A stretch of DNA of 64,000 nucleotides, taken from positions 6,574 to 70,573 of the forward strand of contig JAYNYG010000005.1 in NCBI GenBank assembly GCA_038102935.1, written 5' to 3'. Shown one piece after another: positions 34,720 to 44,595 of the stretch; position 1 is the stretch's first letter; each line of letters opens with the position of its first letter. This DNA comes from Alphaproteobacteria bacterium (GTDB taxonomy: Bacteria; Pseudomonadota; Alphaproteobacteria; Bin95). A program made the position numbers and the translations under genes. The notes under the pieces are model-generated. The model was given only the letters and a program-made list of their open reading frames with translations, searched no databases and was not told the origin of the DNA.

Positions 34720-35976
34720 ATGAGCGACCGCGACCCGAATGATATGACGCCCCGCGAAGGCTGCCCCGTAGACGACTGGGCGACCGATTTTGATGTGATG
34801 GACGAAGGCTACATCAAAGATCCCGCGCCAATCTGGGAAGAACTCCGGGATAAATGCCCAATCGCGCACTCTACGAGGTGGGGCGGGGCATGGCTGCCGA
34901 CCAAGTATGACGATGTGCGGGAAATGGCGCGCGCCGCGCCAACGCTGTCCAATCGCTCCCCTGGCGTTATTCCGCCGGCGCCCGAAATGCGGGAGCAGCT
35001 CATTGCAGAAGTGAAGGAATTCGGCTCTGAGCTGCCGCCAATCTCCGCCGACCCGCCAGAGCACAAGCCCTATAAACAATTGATCCTCCCGCTGTTTTCG
35101 CCGAAAGCCGTTGAAGAATACAGGGCGTTCACTGAAAACCTAGCGAATGAGCTGATTGACAAGCATATCGCTTCTGGCGAAATGGATGCGGCGGTTGATT
35201 ACGCGCAACAAATCCCACCCCGCGTCATCGCCTATATCATCGGCATTGATCCCGCCCGCGCTGATGAATTTACCGACTGGACGCGCGGCATTATCGAGCT
35301 TGGGCAGACTGACCCGGATGCACGGATGAAGTATCGCCGCATTATCCGCGACTTCTTTCAGGAGATGATTGAGGAACGTCGGGAAAATCCGCGCGACGAT
35401 GCGATTTCTAAGCTGATGGCTTCCGAAGTGAACGGCGAAAAGCTCAGTGATTACAGCGTCATTGGCGTTTGTTTCCTGCTGCTGGTCGCCGGTATCGATA
35501 CGACCTGGAGCTCCATCGGCTCCGCGCTTTGGCATTTCGGCATGGAGGAGGACGACCGCCAGCGCATGTATGACGAGCCGGAAATCCTGCCAACGGCCGT
35601 TGAAGAGCTTCTCCGGTATTACAGCCCCGTCGTGATGGCTCGCCGCGTGCTGGACCCAATCAAATTCGGCGATGCGGAGATGGTTCCCGGCCAAAAGGTC
35701 ATCATGAATTTCCCCGCCGCCAACCGTGACCCGGACGTGTTTGAAAATCCGGATGAGGTCGTGCTGGACCGTGAGCGCAACCGCCATATCGCGTTCGGCG
35801 TCGGCATCCACCGCTGCGCCGGGTCCAACCTGGCGCGCATGGAAATGGATGTGGCGCTCCGCGTTTGGTTTGACCGGATCGGCGATTTCGAGATTATCGA
35901 CCCGGATGCTGTACGTTGGACCGGCGGCCAGGTCCGCGGTGTCCGTACCGCGCCGATGCGGATCGTGGCGAGCTAG
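34720..35976 (+). CDS. Cytochrome P450 monooxygenase
   Basis: 418 aa; ExxR motif (EELLRYYSP), haem-thiolate loop FGVGIHRCAGSNLA, I-helix AGIDTT. Confidence 0.9.
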   Translation: MSDRDPNDMTPREGCPVDDWATDFDVMDEGYIKDPAPIWEELRDKCPIAHSTRWGGAWLPTKYDDVREMARAAPTLSNRSPGVIPPAPEMREQLIAEVKEFGSELPPISADPPEHKPYKQLILPLFSPKAVEEYRAFTENLANELIDKHIASGEMDAAVDYAQQIPPRVIAYIIGIDPARADEFTDWTRGIIELGQTDPDARMKYRRIIRDFFQEMIEERRENPRDDAISKLMASEVNGEKLSDYSVIGVCFLLLVAGIDTTWSSIGSALWHFGMEEDDRQRMYDEPEILPTAVEELLRYYSPVVMARRVLDPIKFGDAEMVPGQKVIMNFPAANRDPDVFENPDEVVLDRERNRHIAFGVGIHRCAGSNLARMEMDVALRVWFDRIGDFEIIDPDAVRWTGGQVRGVRTAPMRIVAS

Positions 35977-36912
35977 CTACATTTCCTCATGCACCTGGCC
36001 ATAGGCCAGAATCGCGAAGAGACCCGTGCCGCCGATGATGTTGCCTATGAGCGTTGGCAGGATCAGATCGAATATTGCCGGGCTCAATCCCATCTCGCCG
36101 TTTAGCACGAGAAGGAACACCTCATTTGATCTCGCGATCACATGGGTGAAATCGCAGGCTGCAATTAGGTAGGTGAACAGCATGATGACGAAAAGCTCTG
36201 TGCCTTTCGCCGAGGGCAGCATCCAGACAAGCGCTGCGATAATAAAGCCGGCGGGAATGCCGAGCAGCAGCGCTGTCATGCCGCTGGATTCTGCAAAATG
36301 CCTGGAAATGGCAAGCATTGAGTCTGTTAGCTCTGGCGTTGTCGTTCCGGCATATATGACTAATCTGGCGGCCAGCAAGGTGCCGACCATGTTCGCCGAA
36401 AATACTATGCCCCAAAGCTTCGCCGCTTGAAGAAATTTGCGCCGCCGTGGCCGCGCCAAAATGGGCAGCACTACAGTGATCGTGTTTTCCGTGAAAAGTT
36501 GCAGGCGCGAAAGGATCACTAGGCAAAAACCAACGGTGTAGCCCATGTTTTCGATCAGATGCTGGTATGGGCTGCCTTCCAATTCGCCATGCAGCATAGC
36601 TTCCGCCAGAACTGACGTTGATATGCCAAGGCCTGCGGCGACGCCCGACCACCAAAGCGAAATGGCAGGCCGGCTGAGTTCCTCTTCCCCCTCATGGCGG
36701 ATGACGGAATAGATTGCGACGGCGGAGAGCCCGCGATGGGCGACCACCTGCTCGCGCTCATTTTCTGTCAGCGCGGCGTCTGGCTGCTCAGCTTCGCGTT
36801 CCGCCTGCTCCCGTTGGCGGCGGCGCTCTTCGCGCTCGCCCCGTTCCGCTTGGTCCAGCCTCGCATCCGCCGCATCTTCTGCCTGTTGCGTCGCCTCTTT
36901 GTTGTCCGACAT
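35977..36912 (-). CDS. Formate/nitrite transporter (FNT) family channel with Glu/Arg-rich N-terminal extension
   Basis: 311 aa. FNT signatures LQLFTENT and PTLIGNIIGGTG (L-F-T-x-N ... G-N-x-I-G-G). Six TM segments. About 60-aa charged low-complexity N-terminus (ERGEREERRRQREQAEREAEQ). RBS GAGGGGG 7 nt upstream. Confidence 0.6.
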   Translation of the reverse strand: MSDNKEATQQAEDAADARLDQAERGEREERRRQREQAEREAEQPDAALTENEREQVVAHRGLSAVAIYSVIRHEGEEELSRPAISLWWSGVAAGLGISTSVLAEAMLHGELEGSPYQHLIENMGYTVGFCLVILSRLQLFTENTITVVLPILARPRRRKFLQAAKLWGIVFSANMVGTLLAARLVIYAGTTTPELTDSMLAISRHFAESSGMTALLLGIPAGFIIAALVWMLPSAKGTELFVIMLFTYLIAACDFTHVIARSNEVFLLVLNGEMGLSPAIFDLILPTLIGNIIGGTGLFAILAYGQVHEEM

Positions 36913-36971
36913 TGTCTAACCCCCTCGAAACCATCCCGAAGATTAATGATTTTAAGGGATTAGAGTTCCAT

Positions 36972-37730
36972 CTAACTCGCGAGCAGCCCACCATCGACAT
37001 GCAGTTCAGAGCCGGTGATGTAGCTGGAATCGTCGCTGGCGAGGAACAGGCAGGCCTTTGCGACGTCTTCGCCGGTGCCGTTCCGGCCCATGGGAACGCG
37101 TTTCAGCATCTTGGCGCGGATCACGGGATCGGCCGTGGCGCCGGATGTGCGCATGGGCTGCATCAAGCCCGGATGGACGGAGTTTACACGGATGTTCTCT
37201 GGCGCATGGCGGACTGCGGCGGATTTTGTGATCGTCCGCACGGCGCCCTTGGACGCGTTATAGCCGTGATGGATATTGCTCTGGCCAGTGTTGCCGGAGA
37301 TCGACGACATGTTGACGATGGCGCCGCCGCCAGCCGCAGCCATCACCGGTACGACATGCTTCATGCCAAGAAACACGCCGTCCACATTCACCGCCATTAG
37401 CAGGCGCCAGCCTGCCTCGTCGAAAGGATCATCGTAGGCGCTGCCGGAAACGCCAGCATTGTTCACCAGAATATCGATCTGACCGAAGGCGCCTTGGGCG
37501 GATTGGACGAATTGCGCCCATTCACTGTCCTGGGAGACATCCAGCTTCCAGTAGCGCGCGGCGCCGCCAGCAGCCTCGATCTCCGCGACGCGTTTGGGGC
37601 CTTCGTCCTCCAGAATATCAGCGATGGCGACTTTCGCGCCTTCTGCAGCAAAGAGCCTCGCGATATCCGCGCCCATGCCGAACGCGCCGCCTGTGACGAC
37701 AGCGACCTTTCCTTCGAGCCTTCCGGCCAT
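36972..37730 (-). CDS. Short-chain dehydrogenase/reductase (SDR)
   Basis: TGxxxGxG motif VAVVTGGAFGMG and YxxxK (NASKGAV). Start at in-frame ATG 37730 (MAGRLEGKVAVVTGG). ORF track start 37832 adds 34 aa before the Rossmann motif. Confidence 0.8.
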   Translation of the reverse strand: MAGRLEGKVAVVTGGAFGMGADIARLFAAEGAKVAIADILEDEGPKRVAEIEAAGGAARYWKLDVSQDSEWAQFVQSAQGAFGQIDILVNNAGVSGSAYDDPFDEAGWRLLMAVNVDGVFLGMKHVVPVMAAAGGGAIVNMSSISGNTGQSNIHHGYNASKGAVRTITKSAAVRHAPENIRVNSVHPGLMQPMRTSGATADPVIRAKMLKRVPMGRNGTGEDVAKACLFLASDDSSYITGSELHVDGGLLAS

Positions 37731-37746
37731 CTTCTGTCTCCCCGTT

Positions 37747-38547
37747 CTAATTCGCGCGTAGCGGCGCTCCAGCCAAATGCATGCCGCCATCAGCCAGCAG
37801 GAACTCACCGGTGATGTGGTTGCCGGATTCAAGGAACATCAGGATCGCCTCAGCCATGTGCTCTGGCCCGCCAGCGCGACGGAGGGCGGTGGTGTCTTCC
37901 AAGTGTTGCAGGGTGCGATCGTATTTTTCGGCGCCCATGCCCTCACGCAGCCATGAGCCTTGCACGAAACCGGGACAGACCGTGTTGACGCGGATTTCAG
38001 GCCCAAGCGCGCGGGCGAGAGACAACGTCATAGTGTTCACAGCCCCCTTGGACGCTGCATAAGCGACGCAGGAGCCTGTACCCATGACGCCAGCAATCGA
38101 TGACACATTGACGACAGATCCGTCGCCAGAGGCTTTCAGATGGTCCCGCGCGGCGCGGATCATCTGATATCCGCCAACGACATTGATGCGGTAGATGTTC
38201 AAGAAATCATCCGCATCCAATCCATCCAAGTCGTCATGGGCGACGAACTTGGTCGTGCCGGCGTTATTGACGAGGCAATCGACCCGGCCCCATTTATCGA
38301 CAGCGGCCTGGACGAGACGGCGGCAATCAGCGTCATCGCCGACATCCGCTTTAACAGCGATGGCTTCAACGCCCTTAGCGCGGCATTCCTCTGCGACCGC
38401 CTCAGCTGGGCCTTCGCTGCGGGAATAGTTGATCACAACGTTGCAGCCCCGATCGGCCAACATGCGCACGGCAGCGGCTCCAATACCGGAGGAGGAGCCC
38501 GTGACGATGGCGACTTTGCCCTTGAGTTTGCTTTCCATGGAACGCAT
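37747..38547 (-). CDS. Short-chain dehydrogenase/reductase (SDR)
   Basis: VAIVTGSSSGIG, NNAG, YAASKGAV motifs; 266 aa. Confidence 0.8.
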   Translation of the reverse strand: MRSMESKLKGKVAIVTGSSSGIGAAAVRMLADRGCNVVINYSRSEGPAEAVAEECRAKGVEAIAVKADVGDDADCRRLVQAAVDKWGRVDCLVNNAGTTKFVAHDDLDGLDADDFLNIYRINVVGGYQMIRAARDHLKASGDGSVVNVSSIAGVMGTGSCVAYAASKGAVNTMTLSLARALGPEIRVNTVCPGFVQGSWLREGMGAEKYDRTLQHLEDTTALRRAGGPEHMAEAILMFLESGNHITGEFLLADGGMHLAGAPLRAN

Positions 38548-38550
38548 CCC

Positions 38551-39186
38551 CTATTTCATCGGTGAGTGGTCGGAGGGGATCATCAGCGTTGACCACATTT
38601 CTTCGATCATGGTTCCGCTTTGTTTCAGGAAGCCCTTCCAACCATCATCGCCAGCCGCGCCATTGCGGGCTTTCATACGAGTTTCGAAGTCTTTGTAGGC
38701 CCAGATATGGCAGACCTCGTTTGGCTGCCCGGCTTCCGTCGCCCACATGCCTACGATCTTGGAATACTTTTCCCGGTGCTCCATGGCGTCTTTGAAGATG
38801 GACGTCCATTTGCCCATCGCGCCGGGGCGGAGGCGGTAGTTGCGGAATTCGTAAATATTGCCTTCGGTATCCGGCGCCTTCGGGCCGATATGGGCGTTTA
38901 GCAGGCGGATGTCCTGGCGAAGCATATGCTCGCGCACAAGCGGCAGATACTCATTGCCCCAGCGAGGATTCTTCGAAAGCTCAGCGCGCAGGCGGGCGCG
39001 TTCATTGAGGTCTGAATAGCTCCAGAGATGCATGACCTGATTGAGCGGCCCAACCTCGGTCAGCCAATAGCCTTCCAGTTTGCCGTAGTCGTCCCCACGA
39101 ATATCACGCGCGACGGTGCCGGAATTCTTGGCGACCAGCGGAGCCGTGCCAGGCTTTACGGTATAGGTGCGAAGTTCGTAGATCAT
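38551..39186 (-). CDS. NIPSNAP-family protein (two dimeric alpha/beta-barrel repeats)
   Basis: Two repeats each beginning IYELRTY / IYEFRNY. First ATG at 39186 (the ORF track start at 39207 is a TTG). RBS-like GAGGGAAG upstream. Confidence 0.6.
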   Translation of the reverse strand: MIYELRTYTVKPGTAPLVAKNSGTVARDIRGDDYGKLEGYWLTEVGPLNQVMHLWSYSDLNERARLRAELSKNPRWGNEYLPLVREHMLRQDIRLLNAHIGPKAPDTEGNIYEFRNYRLRPGAMGKWTSIFKDAMEHREKYSKIVGMWATEAGQPNEVCHIWAYKDFETRMKARNGAAGDDGWKGFLKQSGTMIEEMWSTLMIPSDHSPMK

Positions 39187-39252
39187 CTGGGCGCTTCCCT
39201 CTATCAAACAATATTGTTCGAAAGAAAGCTTAGCCGCGCGTTTGAGGTCCGG

Positions 39253-39729
39253 CTATAGGGCTTCGAACGCCGCCTTGAAGCCATTGCTGGAGATCGGCAC
39301 CTGCACGTCCTCGCCATCTCGCCCGCGTCCGGTGATAGAAGCGTCAGTGCCGGATTTCAGAACTTCGATGGTTGCGTCATCAAGCGAAAGGATGGCCCGG
39401 CAGCCTGTCGGCAAGCATTGCTCAAACGGCAGGGGCTTGGCGGACCCGGCGGCATTGATCTTGAGGCCGGTCGGGATATGCATGCCAAGCGGCATATCGA
39501 TCATCGCGGCGACCCGGTCGCGCTTTGGCGAATATGCCACGATGATCACCATGATTGGTCGTTCGCCCGCTTTTACGGTTTGGATCAAATAGCAGCGCTC
39601 GCCAGCGCCCGCTTTTTCGCATTGCTTCGCCCAGTCGCCAAACGTTTGCGTTTGGGCGAATGCGGGAAGGCTGAAGCTCAGCCCGAACGCGATTGCCAGG
39701 GCAGGCAGAATGTTGGCGACGCTTTTCAT
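39253..39729 (-). CDS. Invasion-associated locus B (IalB)-like secreted protein
   Basis: Signal peptide MKSVANILPALAIAFGLSFSLPAFA followed by GDWAKQCEK...C...C pattern typical of alphaproteobacterial IalB-family proteins. Start at ATG 39729 with GAGGA RBS. ORF track start 39825 would cross into the divergent MFS gene. Confidence 0.55.
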   Translation of the reverse strand: MKSVANILPALAIAFGLSFSLPAFAQTQTFGDWAKQCEKAGAGERCYLIQTVKAGERPIMVIIVAYSPKRDRVAAMIDMPLGMHIPTGLKINAAGSAKPLPFEQCLPTGCRAILSLDDATIEVLKSGTDASITGRGRDGEDVQVPISSNGFKAAFEAL

Positions 39730-39790
39730 GGCTTGGATATCCTCTAGGATAGCTTGAATCGCAAGCAAATTTTTTTGAGCACCCCACCTG

Positions 39791-41374
39791 ATGACCGGCG
39801 GCGAGAGTGGCGCGAGCGCGCCCATACGGGATGAAAGCGCGGCTGGGCTTGCCTTGCGGTTCGGCCCGGCTTACCGCTGGCTGGTGACGGCGACCGGGCT
39901 TTTCGGCGCGTTTGCGATGGTCCTTTCCGCAACAATTGTAAACGTGGCGGTGCCGCAAGTGCGCGGCGCATTCGGCGTAGGCCAGGATGAAGCGCAGTGG
40001 ATGGCGACCGCCTTTCTCGCCACTATGACGGCCAGCCAACTGTTGAACGCTTGGATGATCGCGGCATTTGGCAAACGCGGCGCCTTCCTGTGGACGCTCA
40101 TCGTATTCACCATTGGCGCGTTCATCTGCGCATCCGCTACGAGCATGACAACGCTGATTATTGGCCGCGTGATGCAAGGCGCCGCCGCGGGAATTGTGCA
40201 GCCGCTGGTGATGGTGACGATTGTGGAGGCGTTTCCGCCGGACCGGCGCGGGTCCGCCATGGGGATATTCGGCAGCGGCGTCGTGCTGGCGCCGGCGATT
40301 GGGCCTGCTGTCGGCGGCATCGCCATTGATGAGCTTTCATGGCGGTTCATGTTCTTGTTGCCATTGCCGGCCGTGTTCCTGGGCTTCATCGGTGGATTGA
40401 TATTTATGCCGGCGAAAACGGATAGCCGGGCAAGACCGCCGTTCGATTGGTGGGGCTTTGGACTGTTGCTTTGCACGCTCGCCATCGCCATGAACGCGAT
40501 CGCCAGCGGGCCACGCTTTGGCTGGTCGTCAAATTCGATTACGAGCCAGCTTGTGATCTCTGCGGCTATGGCTGTGGCGTTCGTGTATTGGCAGACGCGG
40601 AGCCGGGCGCCGATCCTGTCGTTGGATTTATTCCGAAACCCAGGCTTCGCTTCCGCCGTCGCTGTCGCGTTTGTGTTTGGCGCAGGCAATTTTGCATCGA
40701 GTTATGTGATCCCCGTTTTTGTGCAAGACGTGCAAGGCTATACGGCGACGAGGGCCGGAATGCTGCTCATGCCAGCGGGTCTGCTGCTTGTGGCGGTCTT
40801 GCCAATCACGGGGCGGCTTTCGGATAAGACGCCTGGGCATATCATGGTCGCCATCGGCCTCGCGTTCTTTGCCGCTGGCGTGGCGTTGATGAGTACGGGG
40901 GACGCCAACGTCTCTTTCTGGACGTTCGCTGGATTTGCAGCGCTTAGCCGATTTGGCCTGGCGTTTATTCTGCCGTCATTATCCGCCGCCGCGTTTAAAG
41001 CGTTGAAACCGGATGAGCTGACGCGTGGCTCCGGCAATATGAACTTTATCCGCCAGCTCGGCGGCGCCAGCGGGACCAATCTGATCGTCGTAATGCTGCA
41101 ACTCCGCCATGCCTCCCATGGCGAGGAGATGATGCGCTCGCAAAATCCATCTAACGGCTCAACGCGCGAGTTGATGTTGCAACTGGATGAGCGTTTAAGC
41201 AGCGCTGGTCTTGGGGAGGCGGGCGCCACAGCCGTCGCCAATGACTATGTGACCCAAATGATCGACGCTCAGGCGTTGGCCCTGGCGTTCCAGGATTGCT
41301 TCTTGGCCTTGGCGGTCGTGTTCACAATCGCCATTGTGCCAGCATTCGTGCTGGGCAAATTTGCGAATCGATAA
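39791..41374 (+). CDS. MFS transporter, DHA2 (EmrB/QacA, 14-TM) family
   Basis: 527 aa, 14 predicted TM segments, MFS motif A-like GRLSDK and conserved DHA2 motifs (IVNVAVPQ, GxxxGPxxGG). Confidence 0.8.
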   Translation: MTGGESGASAPIRDESAAGLALRFGPAYRWLVTATGLFGAFAMVLSATIVNVAVPQVRGAFGVGQDEAQWMATAFLATMTASQLLNAWMIAAFGKRGAFLWTLIVFTIGAFICASATSMTTLIIGRVMQGAAAGIVQPLVMVTIVEAFPPDRRGSAMGIFGSGVVLAPAIGPAVGGIAIDELSWRFMFLLPLPAVFLGFIGGLIFMPAKTDSRARPPFDWWGFGLLLCTLAIAMNAIASGPRFGWSSNSITSQLVISAAMAVAFVYWQTRSRAPILSLDLFRNPGFASAVAVAFVFGAGNFASSYVIPVFVQDVQGYTATRAGMLLMPAGLLLVAVLPITGRLSDKTPGHIMVAIGLAFFAAGVALMSTGDANVSFWTFAGFAALSRFGLAFILPSLSAAAFKALKPDELTRGSGNMNFIRQLGGASGTNLIVVMLQLRHASHGEEMMRSQNPSNGSTRELMLQLDERLSSAGLGEAGATAVANDYVTQMIDAQALALAFQDCFLALAVVFTIAIVPAFVLGKFANR

Positions 41375-41387
41375 GGACGCATCGCCG

Positions 41388-42575
41388 ATGGGCGCATTAG
41401 ATGGATTATTCGTCGTTGATTTGAGCCGCTTGCTGGCAGGCCCGTTCTGCGGCCAGATGTTGGCGGAAAATGGCGCGGATGTGGTCAAAGTGGAATCGCC
41501 GGAGGGCGACCTCAATCGAGGCTTTCCATTGGTGCTAGCGGAGGGCGAGAGCACGCATTTCCTCTCCGTCAATCGAGGCAAACGGGATGTGACGCTGAAC
41601 CTGAAGCACGCCGCAGCTCGTGATCTATTGGATCAACTGATCGCCAAAGCGGACGTTCTGATTCAAAGCTTCCTGCCGAATGTCGCGGAAAAGCTTGGCG
41701 TCGGCTGGGAGCGCATTCATGCCCTGAATCCGGACCTGATCTATGTCTCTATTTCCGGGTATGGCGCGGAGGGCGAGCTTGCCAATAAGCCCGGATATGA
41801 CACGATGGTGGCGGCCTATTCCGGCATCACGTCATTGACTGGCGACCCGGATGGCCCGCCCGTCAGACCCGGCGTCACCACAGTCGACCTCTCGACCGGG
41901 ATGCTCGCCTATAGCGGCTGCATGACGGCGCTGATGGCGCGGGAGCGGGGGAAGGCTCGCGGGCAGAGGGTCAATGTCTCCTTGCTTGAATCTGGCGTAA
42001 CGCTGCTGGGCTTCCACGCCGCCTCCTACCTCGTTGCGGGCCACGTCGATCAGCGGGAAGGGGCCGGATACAGCACTTTGGCGCCCTATGACGCATACCG
42101 CGCGAAGGATGGCGACTTGATTCTCGGCGCGCCGACCCAAGCGATATGGCTGAAGACCTGCGCTGCGCTCGGCGCGCCCGAATTGGCGGAGGACCCGCGT
42201 TTCAAAACAAACGCGCTTCGCTGCGCCAATCGAAAAGCGCTCCGCAGCAAGATCGAACTTAGGTTGGCGACGAAGACTGTGGATGAATGGATTGCGGTGC
42301 TTGAGGATATTGGCGTCGCGAACTCGCCGATCAACACGGTTGATCAAGTGCTGAACGATCCCCAAGTCCGCGCTAATAACATGGTCGTCGATTGCCCGAT
42401 GCCGGATGGCGGCTCCGTGCCGCTGGTTGGCCTGCCGTTCAAGCTGACGGGCACTCCCGGAGACCCCGGAACAGCGCCGCCGAAAAAAGGTCAACACAAT
42501 CGAGAGGTTTTCGGCGGTATGCTAGGACTGGATGACGCCGCTATCGATGCTTTGATCGAGGCGGGCGCCATATAG
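41388..42575 (+). CDS. CoA transferase, family III (CaiB/BaiF)
   Basis: N-terminal LDGLFVVDLSRLLAGPFCGQMLAENGADVVKVESPEGD is the canonical family-III motif. Start at ATG 41388 with AAGGA SD. ORF track start 41334 overlaps the MFS gene. Confidence 0.82.
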   Translation: MGALDGLFVVDLSRLLAGPFCGQMLAENGADVVKVESPEGDLNRGFPLVLAEGESTHFLSVNRGKRDVTLNLKHAAARDLLDQLIAKADVLIQSFLPNVAEKLGVGWERIHALNPDLIYVSISGYGAEGELANKPGYDTMVAAYSGITSLTGDPDGPPVRPGVTTVDLSTGMLAYSGCMTALMARERGKARGQRVNVSLLESGVTLLGFHAASYLVAGHVDQREGAGYSTLAPYDAYRAKDGDLILGAPTQAIWLKTCAALGAPELAEDPRFKTNALRCANRKALRSKIELRLATKTVDEWIAVLEDIGVANSPINTVDQVLNDPQVRANNMVVDCPMPDGGSVPLVGLPFKLTGTPGDPGTAPPKKGQHNREVFGGMLGLDDAAIDALIEAGAI

Positions 42576-42594
42576 GCGAACTGGGGGCGCTTTC

Positions 42595-44118
42595 TTGGCC
42601 AACTTAACGGATTTCCTGGGCTTCCACGCCCGCGCGACGCCAGACCGACCGGCCCTCGTGTTCGCGGGCGAGACCATCAGCTATGGCGCTATGTTCACCC
42701 GTGCCCGCGCCGCCGCCGCCTGGTTGGAAGGGCAGGGGGTGCGGCCTGGCGATGTCGTAGCGCTCTGGATGAAAAACAGCCCGGCATTTTGGGATCTGGC
42801 GTTCGGCGTTAGTCATCGCGGCGCCGTGCTGCTGCCCATGAACTACCGCCTCGCCGCCAGTGAGATCGCCTACATACTGACCGATTCGGGCGCCAAGCTT
42901 TTGGTTGCCGATGAGGAGTATCAGCATGACGCCGCGCAGCTCGAACGGGAGGCTGTGCCGCGCGTCGCTATTCTGGGCGCTGCGGCGCAGATGGACATCC
43001 AAAACGTCACCGGTGATGCGCTAGCGCCCGAAAAACCATCGCCAAGGGGCGAGGGCGATTTGATGCGCCTTATTTACACGTCCGGCACGACTAGCCGGCC
43101 CAAGGGCGTGATGCAGGCGTATCGGCAGTTTTACTGGAAGCATTTAGGGCAGGTCGCAGCGCTTGGACTTTCCAGCGAAACGCGATTGTTGACGGTTGGG
43201 CCGCTCTATCATGTCGGCGGGCTGGACTTGCCGGGTCTATCAGTTTTTGCGCTTGGCGGGCTGATGGCGCTGGAGCGGGAGTTTGAGCCAGAAGCCGCCC
43301 TCCGTGCAATCCGCGAAAATGCTTTGAATGGCGCATGGTTCGCGCCGACGATGACCAACAGGATATTGGCCCTGCCGCCTGGGCGCTGGGCAGAGGCCAG
43401 AAGCCTCCGCTGGGTGATCGGCGGCGGCGAGCGCACACCTGAAGCCCGCGTCCACGCCTTCGCTGAAGCCTTTCCAAACGCCCGCTATATCGACGCCTAT
43501 GGCCTGACTGAGAGCAATGGCGGGGACACCTTCATGGAGCCTGGCCGTGAGATCGAGAAGATCGGCTCTGTCGGCCGCCCGATCCCGCATCTGGAACTCG
43601 CGATTAAGGCGGATGATGGCCGTGACGTTGCGGCTGGCGTAGATGCGGAAATTTGCCTGCGCGGCCCGAAAATCACATCCGGCTATTGGAGCGATGAGGC
43701 CAAGACCGCGGACGCATTCCATCCGGGCGGATGGCTGCGCACTGGCGATGTCGGCCATGTGGACGAGGACGGGTTTCTGTTCCTGACCGACCGCAAGAAG
43801 GACATGATCTTGTCTGGCGGCGAGAATATCGCATCCAGTGAGGTCGAACGCGTGATCTATGAGATGCCGGAAGTGCTTGAGGCCGCCGTTATTGGCGTAC
43901 CAGACCCGCAATGGGGCGAGACGCCTGTCGCTGTCGTGGCCTTGCGTCCCGGTGAAACCTTGGCTTTGGAGGCGCTGCAGGCGCATTGTCGCCGCCAGCT
44001 TGCCGGTTTCAAGGTGCCAAAGCGGCTGGCGCTCCATGATTCATTGCCGCGCAATCCTTCCGGCAAAGTGCTAAAGCGTGTTTTGAGAGAGCAACTTCAA
44101 AAGGAAGCGGCGACATGA
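42595..44118 (+). CDS. AMP-dependent synthetase/ligase (acyl-CoA ligase)
   Basis: AMP-binding motif IYTSGTTSRPKGV, TGD motif LRTGDVGHVDEDG, C-terminal PSGKVLKR. Confidence 0.85.
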   Translation: MANLTDFLGFHARATPDRPALVFAGETISYGAMFTRARAAAAWLEGQGVRPGDVVALWMKNSPAFWDLAFGVSHRGAVLLPMNYRLAASEIAYILTDSGAKLLVADEEYQHDAAQLEREAVPRVAILGAAAQMDIQNVTGDALAPEKPSPRGEGDLMRLIYTSGTTSRPKGVMQAYRQFYWKHLGQVAALGLSSETRLLTVGPLYHVGGLDLPGLSVFALGGLMALEREFEPEAALRAIRENALNGAWFAPTMTNRILALPPGRWAEARSLRWVIGGGERTPEARVHAFAEAFPNARYIDAYGLTESNGGDTFMEPGREIEKIGSVGRPIPHLELAIKADDGRDVAAGVDAEICLRGPKITSGYWSDEAKTADAFHPGGWLRTGDVGHVDEDGFLFLTDRKKDMILSGGENIASSEVERVIYEMPEVLEAAVIGVPDPQWGETPVAVVALRPGETLALEALQAHCRRQLAGFKVPKRLALHDSLPRNPSGKVLKRVLREQLQKEAAT

Positions 44119-44591
44119 TCCGCGTTGCAATGGCCGCCGCATTTGGCGCGCTGATGAGTTTGGGCGCTGCCGCCTCCGCTGATGACCGGCATGCTGGATA
44201 TTACTATCCGCAGCCGCAGTCGACCGAAGTGTACTACCCGCGCGCGACGCCGTTGCCAGAGGCCAACCGGGCGCGTCGGCTAGGGTTCATAACCGGTATT
44301 ACCGCAACCCAGATGCGGGCGCCGTATCCGCCGAGCCATGTGCTGTTCGCGAAAGGCGCAGAGGCTGAAAAGCTGGTAATCGTGGCATTGAAGCACGGGT
44401 ATATCGACACAATCTACCGCGCCCGCGCATTGCTCGCCGCGATGACTTCGCAGGCCCGATCATTGCCCATTCTGAATGAGCTTGAGGCGGAAACCTCATA
44501 TACGTTCTTTGATCTGGCAGTCCTGCTGGGCTTCAAGCAGATCACGATTTCAGACGGCCAAAGCTTCGCGCATCAGGTCACGTTCGAGTAG
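44115..44591 (+). CDS. Hypothetical exported protein
   Basis: 158 aa; signal peptide MIRVAMAAAFGALMSLGAAASA. ATGA overlap with the ligase stop suggests co-translation. No recognisable catalytic motif. Confidence 0.5.
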   Translation: MIRVAMAAAFGALMSLGAAASADDRHAGYYYPQPQSTEVYYPRATPLPEANRARRLGFITGITATQMRAPYPPSHVLFAKGAEAEKLVIVALKHGYIDTIYRARALLAAMTSQARSLPILNELEAETSYTFFDLAVLLGFKQITISDGQSFAHQVTFE

Positions 44592-44595
44592 CTTT

